This document shows positions 36,601-47,100 of a stretch of DNA of 64,000 nucleotides, piece by piece. The stretch covers positions 1 through 64,000 of IMG/VR virus record IMGVR_UViG_3300023179_009086; one strand, given 5' to 3'. The translations under genes and the position numbers were made by a program. The notes below the pieces were generated by a model that worked only from the letters and a program-made list of their open reading frames with translations, had not been told where the DNA came from and searched no databases. The stretch comes from a virus. The first letter of the stretch is position 1; every line of letters begins with the position of its first letter.

Positions 36601-38133
36601 AAATTTTTCAGATCTATCTAGAATAATATAATTTTTTTCTCCATTTATATTTTTTAATTCTATATCTTTTAATGTAAATGGAATTAAATTATTTCCTATA
36701 TATTCTATATAACTTGGAACTTCAAATTGAACTCCATCCTCAGAGAAAATTTTTCCACTAGCTATTTCTATTGTAGAAGTATGAAGTTCAAACCATAAAC
36801 TTCTATCGGAATCATCAACATATTTATTATTAACTATATCAAATTCTGTAAATAAAGTAGTTTTTAAATCATATTCTTCTTGAATGGTCAGGGCTTGACC
36901 ATTCTGTTCTTTTTTATAAGCTTTATCATACCCCTGATACAATCTAATTGTACCTGTTGAGGTGTCTCCAACTCTTTTTATAATAAAACAATAATAAGAG
37001 TCTATTTCAAGGGATGGTTCTAAATTTGGATTTGCAATAAGTGTTGATGAGAAATCAAAATTAACAATAGTAGGAGTTTCTCCTAATTTTATACCCATTG
37101 AAATAAAATCATTATAAGAATAAGATGTCTCAACTAAAGATATTGCTTCTGGGTCAAAATTTATAAGATTTTCTGGAATAGCATCGGTAATACAGTTAGC
37201 AGCAGTAGTTAATTTGTGAATAGAAATAACTAAATTTCCAGAAAATTCTGAAGAAATAGAGGTATCAAGACCCATTAATAAAGATATATTTTGTAAACCA
37301 TTTGTTTTGGCTAAAAACTTTTGACCATAAGCAGTAGCAGAACTTTCTCCGGCAGAAAATAATAATATTTCTGCAGGATCTGTTTCATAATAAATTTCAC
37401 TTGTTGAAAAAGTTTCATCAAGTGCCTCTGAAAAAATATCTAACAAAGATAGTTCTTCAGAATAAGTTATAAAATTATTTAAATAAAAATTAGGACTTTC
37501 TATTTGAGAAATAGAAAGGGATTTTGGAAAAACTTCTATTGCATCAGATTCATAAATTAAAAGATCAATATTTTGTGATGATAAATAATCATAAGAACTA
37601 ACAGAATTATTGTAAAAAGAACTTCCTAATCCACCACTTAAGTTGTTAAAATATATAGCATATATATATTTATAATAATTAGAAGTTATTTTTTTTAAAG
37701 AATCTTCAAAATTTAAATATTCAGTAACAATTTCACCTCTAGAATCTAGTGGATTATATCTTGATCCTAGAATTATAATTTTTACTGGATAATTATTTTT
37801 AATAGTAGCATTCTTAAGTTCAAAAATAATTCTTTTTCCATATTCAGCATCAGAAGGCTGTCTGTCTAAATAGATTGGTTTACCATCAAATTTTCCGGCA
37901 CTAATTACAAACTTTGAAATATTTTCAGCATAAAAACCTGGATTACTTAATGTAAGAAGTATGCGATTTTCAATTGGATTATCTTTTACTAAACCACTGC
38001 CATGAGCAGAAGCCATATGATTAGATGTTAAACCCCTTAAATGGTTTTGCTCCTGATCTAAATCTGCTTCTGATAACTTTTGTCCATCAAAAAAGTTAAC
38101 TCTTGGCACAATTGTTATATTACTTGTTGACAT
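33637..38133 (-). CDS. Large tail/baseplate-attached (fibre-like) protein with a dockerin/EF-hand-like motif pair
   Basis: N-terminal RVNFFDGQKLSEADLDQEQ resembles baseplate-attachment N-termini. DLNSDGKITYQDL and DVNNDGSIDGSDI motifs. Follows the gpI-like gene. Start moved to 38133 (GGAGAG SD). Confidence 0.6.
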   Translation of the reverse strand: MSTSNITIVPRVNFFDGQKLSEADLDQEQNHLRGLTSNHMASAHGSGLVKDNPIENRILLTLSNPGFYAENISKFVISAGKFDGKPIYLDRQPSDAEYGKRIIFELKNATIKNNYPVKIIILGSRYNPLDSRGEIVTEYLNFEDSLKKITSNYYKYIYAIYFNNLSGGLGSSFYNNSVSSYDYLSSQNIDLLIYESDAIEVFPKSLSISQIESPNFYLNNFITYSEELSLLDIFSEALDETFSTSEIYYETDPAEILLFSAGESSATAYGQKFLAKTNGLQNISLLMGLDTSISSEFSGNLVISIHKLTTAANCITDAIPENLINFDPEAISLVETSYSYNDFISMGIKLGETPTIVNFDFSSTLIANPNLEPSLEIDSYYCFIIKRVGDTSTGTIRLYQGYDKAYKKEQNGQALTIQEEYDLKTTLFTEFDIVNNKYVDDSDRSLWFELHTSTIEIASGKIFSEDGVQFEVPSYIEYIGNNLIPFTLKDIELKNINGEKNYIILDRSEKFTTPIAHPRTGNYTFTRILDSYSVTILLESELNSILDLNPNILGYVVDNNDRSPADISGTFSYVGQITPDKIYFINPSNDIKTKAILNRIFIPDTSCNCGSQYKISSISCSVQNVADLNSDGKITYQDLNSVLELAGNTYTSSVTQNLILNGSIDLINFYKSDVNNDGSIDGSDISIIEDAIDGYINFSIPEEFTVLEIGLSNIDSVNNYPLIFEDIANTGVCTTSTNAISFSVISQETTRIIRAGDKIVIPETESDAGEYFISEISFTGLNASALVTTLDGNSVSFIGSSAFDLIVYSGTEVNTFADNNLLVNIPADFKNWTITSAGNLFSNNLLNVIDLRRFVEQAVLEVKTENCLCENEVCFNELSESPVIKNQKVLPNDLYIPNGDILSAPGVPHHGDFEYVNVLLPLPPGSIDDCSINIYESFIKSYNGTCNTAAGYPAMRYSDGTLVGCNDSGSVTDLSLGRVKISKAISSLYVDALVDGYAADGYTTETEVSYSSNDIILNSSYPEIYSSGFSSWPSYSNDGNTTINNYTTYSSFEINVNTSTSTYSTLTRPIAEPDLTGDFTISFTGKRNSWDPSKLLLGSIQTYMQVTMNNEYSGTSVLKLGWRQSGNGDGVEIFWSGSVNDGSSEIYAFDYSIPAPEDEDESINFRIRRINDITTAYYYYQNNNSLVLEQEYIKIGELLSTNPGEGAANLIFKTEASGVTTSSSYIYKTYFLSNDFIIAYEEEVSNEITSSEILIGYAGPKLNELSFNFPLNLNSKTEVISATINFIASQDFNITSSNFKLIPYENINANNLSKYLDLILSTNTSIISSLAPISGIATDTIGFDVTDAIKSMLSVPGHLPGYYKAFLLTSETDELNSFNITNSISLNIIYYDITTGVIFKVGSTLDPSTGILTLQTKNILYDSVITENRTVLNLGVYLKKSGFKNNDLTININDLSRIGLGKCVPEVILSESDDCFFITGSTSTGVFIEGPFPCSFSA

Positions 38134-38191
38134 TAACTCTCCATAGTTTTTCAATAAGATTTTTATTTATTAATAGACTAAATAATTGATA

Positions 38192-41100
38192 TTAGCACGC
38201 CTTTCTTTTAAATTTTACAAGAACGTTAGTATGAGATGGCTTTAATCTATTAACTAAATATACAATTAAATCTTCTATTTCACTAGAGTTAATTTTACCA
38301 AAATCATCAACAACCTCTATATCAAACTCATAAATACCCCTGATTAAATCTGTTATAGTAACATAATTATTGTTATTTTCAAATATTTCAAAATCATTAA
38401 TATAAGATGTATATAGATCCTCCTTTACTGGAAGTATAGTATTTAAATTAGCACTATAATTTAAATCTAAATAATTTCCAGAAGAATCTTTTATTTGTAA
38501 TCTATCATTTTTACTAATTCTAAAATTATCAATTCTAGATAAACAAGAATTAAATCCATCATATCTAGAACCTATATAAATTTGTTCCAGAGAATCTGTA
38601 ATAGAAATTATTCCATTTAAAACAGAGCTAGAATTAGTTAATCCATCTATAGCTAATTTTAGATAATCATTTCCTGTATTTATCTTCCATGCCGCAGATA
38701 CTTTATGCCAAGAATTTGAGATCCAATCAATAGGTTGATAAACAAAAGATTCAAAATATTTATTAGATATTTTAAAATATATTTTTTGATTTTCAAAATA
38801 TATTTGAATTCTAGATTCATTTGAAGATTTTTCAAAATATTTTACAATAACTGGATCATTACTTATTAATTTAGTTTTTAGATAAATAATTTTTCCATCT
38901 TTTTTAAGAGTAGCACCACTAGCAAAATTATTAAAAACTCCAGTTCCACCTTCTAGTCTACCAGAAATTTTAGATCTAAAAATTTCATCATATCTATTAG
39001 TTTCATAAATTAAAGAATCTTTTTTCTGAGGAAGGGTAATTGAAATAATTTTTTCTGCAGAAGTTGGTAGTTCAATAATACTAGTAGAAGATGGTGTAAT
39101 AAAAGCAGTTTTTACATTATATGAATCAAAAATTACTCTTCTTTTATTATCTGTATCAGAAGATAATAATGGACTAATCCAAAATTCTATTGTTCCAATA
39201 TTTTTATCAAAAATATTAGGAGCACTATAAAAAATTGGATTAGTATTATAAAATTTACCAGAATACTTAAAATTATTATTTACGCTATTATAGCCAACAA
39301 TTAATTCATTATTGCTTGCATATTTTGCTTCATTAAATAAAGGACCGCCTTCGGCTCTATGAGCTTCTACATAAGTTTCATTAGCAATACTATCAGTATA
39401 ACCTAATTTTTTCATTTCTGAAATAAATTTAATTTTATTATTTATAAAATTAGATAATAATTCTAAATCATTAGCATTTAATTTATATTTAAAATTATCT
39501 TTTGTATTTAAAAATATTTTATTTCTAAGTCTTCTAATTTGCAAATCAAATGGATCATCAAAATGTGATAAGAAAATTGTTTGTTCATCAAGACAAGGTT
39601 TTTTATTTGAAATATATTCTTCAGTAATATTTCTTGCAAAAGTACTGGCAGATTGATAACTTCTTATATCTCCAGACATTTCTGTAATAATTTTTACCTC
39701 ATCTAATAATCCACCTAATTTTTTATTACCTAAAATATCAGAACCTAAGAATATTTTTTCTCCAACTCTAGGTAATTTAATTTTTAAATAAGATGGATAT
39801 TCAAAAAGATAACTACCAGATGGTAGCTTATACTCTACTTGGCCATTACTACCATAAGTGGTAATGTAGAATACACCATTAGAATATTTATAAATTTCTG
39901 CATAATCTCCATTATTATTTTCATCTGTAATATTATCAGATTCAAAAATTGAAAATACTAATGGTTCATAATCAATATCTATAAGTTTAAAGTTACCACT
40001 AACTTTAGTTATCTTAGTGTAAAAATTAATTAATTGATATATTTTATTATCAACTATAGAAAGATATTCAGAAGCAAATCCTTCTGAAGTTTCTCCTTCA
40101 ATATACAAATAATTATCATCTGAATAACCATCTTTACAGTAATTAATATTATCTGATTCAAACTTAATAGAAATTAATCTTCCATAATTTAAAATTTGAT
40201 AAATTGAACTTGTATCTAGATTATTGTTAATTTCAAATGAAAAAATATTTTCATTTAGCGATCCAGAAGGTATAGTATCATCTAGTAAAATTCTTTTAAT
40301 TTTAACAGATTTTAAATCTATTGGTTTTGACATATTGGTAATAAAACCAGAAACTTCATTTAAATATTCTGGACCTAAAATACTATTACTTGAATAATTT
40401 ATTTTTTCAGAAATTTTAGATTTGTTTAAACCAAAATTTTCAATCCAAATATCAAGATCTGATACCTCAATAGAAGGTACCCAATTACAATCTATATCTT
40501 GATATAAAAAGTCTATATTTCCATTGTTTAAATTAATTCTATATTTTGGATTAATAACATTATTTTCTACAATAGAAATTAAATTATTATCAACCGTATA
40601 AAGTACTCCACCAAGCTCCGTTGTAACTTTCTGGCAGTCTGTTTGATAAATTTCAAACTTAGTGGAAGAAAAAATAGTATTAAGTTGATTTCCAAAAATA
40701 TTTGGTGGGCGATAAAATTCTATATTTGTAGCAGATGTTGTAAAATAATATGGTGTTAAATTTTCAATATCTAATAAATAAATAGTCTTATTATCTACAG
40801 AACCAATAACAAAAGCTTTATTATTTAGTTCAGAAGCTAAATTACCATTTTTAATAATAATTGTTTTTCCAATATCATCATTAGTAAAGGAAGATGATAA
40901 GGAATAAAGATAATTTTCTCCAGCTAAAATTTGACCATCATTATATACTTCATAATAAGAAATTTTAGTTTCAGAAAAATCTTGAATTACATCTCTAGCA
41001 ATATCTCCAACTTTTGCGTCTCTCCAGGGTGAAAGATATCCGCCAAATCTATATAATGATGGAGTTTCTTTGCCATCGATAAAAAGGTGCATTTCATCTT

Positions 41101-44100
41101 GTTGATATTCTGTATTAATTCTCCAGGAGGCTCCAATGTGATGAAATTCTCCAGGTAAAAAATCTTTAATGTTGGAAGAAATATTGTAAAAATTTTTATC
41201 TTTTTTAAATAAAGAATCATAAATTCTAAAATTTAAATATCCATAAAAATCTTTATATATAGAAATTCTATTTTGATATAAATCTTCTCCAGAATCAAAA
41301 ATATATCTTTCCAGATCAGAAACAAGCACAAGTGTATCAATATCAGATCCGGATTCCATATATCCATAAGCATCAAGATATCCATCTGCTTTATTATAAA
41401 ATTTAAAATCAATTAAGTTAGTTTGAATTAATAACTTATCAGTATCTTCTAAATTTGTATCAATTTTACTAGAATTTAAATTTAATTCAATATAATCTAT
41501 ATCAATAGATATTTGATTATAAAGATCAATAAAATTATCTGAAACTATATCTTTATCATTAAATTTAATATAAATACCATTTTCTATAATATTATCACAA
41601 TTATAAGTATACTGATTAAAGGTAGAATATTTAATTCTTGAAATAATATTATTTTTGTAATAAATTGTAATTAAATTATCATATTTATTTATTACAACTT
41701 GTAAATTATAAAAATTATTATCTGCCCAATTAAATGGAATTAAGTCTAAAATATCTTTAGAAATACCATCTATAATTGCTAAGTATTTTTGACTTGAACT
41801 AGCTGCAAGTGAAATTTTAATATCTTTATTTCCATCAAAGATTTCTGTAATTGTTGTTCCTATTAAATTACCAGTAATATTTCCTGAGAATTTTCCAGAG
41901 TTTGATCCAATGATATTGGAATCAAAATCTAAAACTTTAAAAGAAATTTCATATTGTAAATCTTGAATGCAATTTAATGGCAAATAAAGATAACTATTGG
42001 AATCTTCAATATTATTAATTCTATAAACATTTGATATTAAAGATGTATTAAAGTTTCCAACTTTTTTCCAATTATTAATATTATGTTCTGTTCCACCAAT
42101 AATTGTATTAATTAAATCACTTCCAAAATTATAAATTGATTTCCATCCACCATTTTCTAATAAAGATTGTCCGCAAAATCTATATTTTGCATCACAAGAA
42201 TCTATTGGACATTCTGAATCATCCAACATAGATTTTGCATATGAAAATCCACCATCTGTGGTAATTTTGCCTTCAATATAATCTTTTAATTCTATTGATT
42301 CATATTCAATATTATAACCATCAAGTGCGTATCCATCTGGACCAATAGATACTATAGATTGATTTGGAATAACTGATTTTATTTTCCAGCTTCCAACATT
42401 ATTTTCATCTACTTTACAATTTTCATCAAACCAAATATATATTGATTTATTATCAGTATTTATATCTGGTATACCATAAACATTTTTGCTATCTTTATTT
42501 AATGTAAAAATAAAATTATTAGGATTACTTTTTCCAGAACCAATATAAATATTGCTTAAACTTAATCCTTCTTCAATTAAATAATTAAATTTAGAAATAT
42601 TTATTTTATTTTTTACAACAGGATCTAAACATCCAATAAATATTTTATTATTTAAATCAGAAATTCCATCAATTTCGGAATTTAAATTATATTCTGAATT
42701 AAACCAAGAATTTAAATTTAAGAAATCAAATAATTCAGAATATTGTCCTGCAGACAATAAATCAGAATAAGCAATATTAAAATTATAATTATTTATTTTT
42801 AAATTAACTTGATTTAATATAGGCTGTCTAAAAATATCTAAATTTAATTCTTCAGATGTAAAATTTACCAAAATTGGTCTAGGATCAAAGTTATATAAAT
42901 ATTCTGAATTAAATTTTTCTCTAATAATAGAAATAACTGGAGTTAATATAATTCCATTTCCACTTGGTCTAGTTGAATTAATTACTTCACTACCAAGCTG
43001 GGTAATATATTGTTGATTATCCGGGATCCTATTAACATAAAATCCATAAATATTTCCATCATCCGGGATAAAATCTATTTCATTTTCATTTATATCAATA
43101 AAAGATATTATTGAATAAACTCTACCATCTTCTAAAACATATTTACAGCCATTAATTTTATCATTAAGAATATTAAATTTTTCAGATAAATATGAAATAT
43201 TTATTTCTTCTGTTAATGTTATTTTAATTTTATTAAAATTTTCATCTCTAAATAATTCTAAAGAAGAAATATCATCATATGTAATACAGTTACAATTTTT
43301 TATAATATATGGACCATCAAAATTGGGTGTCTCATTTTGAGAAATATTTTCATCTTTTATTTTTAAAATATAAATTTTATCTGTTTCAGAATTTATAATT
43401 GGAGATAAAGCGCCAGCTATTAAAAGTACTTTATTTTCATCTCCTACTGAAAATACAAATGGACTGGAGTAATAAGATAAGAATATTTCCAAACCATCGC
43501 CTAGGAAGCCCCTGGACGACACTGGGAGGCCAGATATAAAACCACCCATACCAAGGGTGGACAACCTCTCTGCTAGCATCCCAGAGTCATTTCTGTAGAA
43601 ACTAGAAAGGGAAGCGGATGATCCGGTAAGGGTTGCTGAAAATGAGATGGAGTGTTTTGAAAATTTAGAAGAATTTAATCTATCATGATATTTTGTAATT
43701 CCAAAAGGACCTATTTTTTCTTCATTTTCAATATATTGGTAATTGTAAAGAGATAAATTATTTCCCGTCCAATCAGTGATACCATACCTATCATCTGACA
43801 TAAATAATTCAAAATTTTGATCTTTAAAAATATTAGAATTAAATTTTAAATTAAAATAAATTTCAGCCATTTTTGAAAAATCAAAAGTAAGATTAGCATC
43901 ATTATTGATTCCATGCCAATCATTTCTAATCCAACAGCTAAAAGTACCTTCATCTAAATTTATTCCCGTCTTTGCCGGAGTTGTAATAACAACATCATTA
44001 TCAATTAAAACTCCAGAATCAAATTTTCCAGATTCAAATTTTAAAATTCCATTATATTCTATATTTCCGGGATTTAATAAATCTCTTCCCAAAATCCATG

Positions 44101-47100
44101 ATCCAAAAAATGATTCTGAAATTTCTGGAGTCTGTTCTGTAAATTTTTGAATTAAATTTTCAAAAGAAGAAATTACAGGACCTCGAGAAAATGCTTCAAG
44201 AGTACCTTGTAATGCTTTTCTGTAAATTTCTCTATCAGTATTTTGTAAAAATTTTGTAAAAAATGGAATTTTAGTTAATAATCCAAAATTATTTTTTAGC
44301 GAATCTCTTAAAGCACCATATTTATAAGTAACATAATATGTTTCAGATTCTAAAATAGAATTATTAATTTGCCAATTAATTTCATTATCACCATATTCAT
44401 ATGAAACAACTAGATTATCTGTAGTTGCTGTATAATTATAATAAATTGAACCAGAAGTATACCATGTTGCTAATCTTGTGCCTGGTAATGGAATAAAATC
44501 ATTTAAATAAGTAATTTGAATTAAATCATAATTATTAATTAAACATTCTTCTGAAATATTAATATTAACATTAGATCCTACTTCTGTTATATTAATTTCA
44601 TTAACAATTTTAGCCACACCAATAGTAGGTAATATATATCCAGAAATATCCGGAAGGTTAGAAACAGTTGTTTCTCCGGTAAATATATCATAACTTAAAA
44701 TTTTAAATTTTAAACCAATACTATCTTTTACATAATCATTTAATAAATTAATATTTAAATCAACATCTAAATAAATTAAACTTTCAGTATTTAAATCTTC
44801 AACATTATAAATTTCTGTATTAAATTTTAAACCATCTAAAGTTTGATCTGATATTTCTAAATTTAAAGTTAAATTTTTAATACTATAAATAAATCCAAAA
44901 TTTTCTTTTGGAATAGAAAAAGTATAACCAAAATTATTTTTTGCTTTAAAATTTTTATTATTTTTTAAATCCAAATAGTTATTAATAATATTAAAACTAG
45001 GTAAATATAAATTTTTACCATTATCAACAATAGATTCTAAGGCATCAGATTTAGAACTTGCTTTTTCTCGATAATTAAAATTTAAAGAATTAGAACCAAA
45101 AATAGAACTTAATTCATATAATCCATAAAATAAAGTAGGGGTTAATCTTGTATAAATTAAATAATCTTCTGTAATTATATTTGTTTCTATTTCATTATTA
45201 TTAAAATCTAAAACGGTAGTTTCATTTGGCAATTCAAAACAAGAATTTAAATTTTTAATATAAATACCATTATTTATAGAAGTTTTATCAGTTAAATAAA
45301 AATAATCTTTATCTGAAGAAACTTTCTTTCTATAAATACCATTACATGTAATAATATTAACATTATCCGATATTATTTTAGCATGTTCGTAAGAAGCATA
45401 ACCTAAATCTATATCATAATTTAAACCTACAGAAACATGTATAATTCCATTATTATAATCAACAATATAATCGCCAATATTTTGTAAATTAGCTAAAGCT
45501 ATTGTATTTATAGATAAATTTTCTTGATTTTTAATTAATTTAGATTTAGTAGAAGAATAAAATTCATTATCTGTAAAAAAATATTTTTCATTAATAAAGT
45601 TTTTTTCATTTAAAATTAATGATGAATCAACAAAAGTTCCAATTGCATCATTTTTTTGATTTAAAATATTTTTATTATTTAATTGTATTGAAAGGCAATA
45701 TATTCCAATATAATATTCTTGATTTAAAATGGGTAAATCAGAAGAACTTGTTAAAGCAAAAGAATTTATATTTTCATTACCATCTGGATCTGCAAAAAAT
45801 TTAATATTCATATTTTGAACTTCACCATTGATATCTTTTAAAAGATATTCAGAGGAGTTCAAATTAATTAAATGAGAAGGAATAGGTGGACTAATAATAA
45901 TATTATTAAGACTTAAATTATTTGTTATTTTAAATTTAAAAATAGAATTTAAAAATTTAAAATAAGGAAATATTTTTTCATTTTGTATTTTATCAAAATT
46001 TGGAATACTGTTATTTATAGAAGAAAATTTTGGAGGATTTAAACCAGAAAATGTTATTTCATTTTTATAAAATGAAATAGGCTGATAAGTTTCTCCAGTT
46101 GTCTGATTATATACAGAAAATACTTTAGTAATTGGTGCATTCTTTGTTTTTAAAGTATAAGTTGATAATAAATTTGATTCAACTTGTTCATTTAAAACTT
46201 CAATATGTATTTCTGGTTTATAATCAATATTTTCAACAAATTGTTGTTGATAACTAAAAGATATTGTTGCAATATTTTGCTGCAAAGATCTCCCAGAAGT
46301 TGCAACAAAATCATTATTATCAGTATAATAATCTAAATCTTTAGTATAAGTTTTTCTATAGAAATAATTAACATAGTATTGATAACTACTAGTTCCAAAA
46401 AGATTTTTATCTCCAAAAACAATTACTTCTCCAGTTTGATAATTGACAGTATATTCACCAGATGAAGATGGTAATTTGGAAGTATTAAATGGAATTTCAT
46501 ATAAAAATATATTTCCATCTATACCATTAATTGAAAGATCTCCTATAGTTCCAAGTTCTCCAGATTCATTTGTAATTGGTGCATTTTTTAAAAAAAATCT
46601 TGTTGATTCTTGTGGAATTGATTCATAAGAAACTTTTTCAATATTATAAACTAAAATAGAATCTATATTAATTTTTTCAGAAAAATCTTTATACAAATAA
46701 GAAATTTTAATTAAATCACCAGGAGATGGAAGAATAAACCCAGATGATTCAGATAATAAAATTTGATTAGAATTTAAAGAATTATAAGAAAAAGCTCTTT
46801 TTGGATCATATCTATTATCTTTAATAGAATAATTTAATTTTTCAATATTATAAATATATTCAGTTTGTTCACATAAAGCTGTTGCTTCTTTAATTATTGA
46901 TAAACTTTCTAATTTAATAATATTATTTTTTTCTAATGTTAATAAATATCCTGAAATATTTGTATTTAAATTACTAAAAATAATTTCTTCTGAATAAAAT
47001 TCTTGTTGTAATGAAATTGGATAATCTGAAACAATTTTTTGAGATAATATTTTAGAATTAGAATTAAAATATAATTCCTTAAAAATTAAATTCCGACCGG

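Noticed and set aside
43491-43650. GC-rich patch as a diversity-generating retroelement variable repeat
   Set aside because: No reverse transcriptase or template repeat is seen in the window, and the patch is mid-gene rather than C-terminal.
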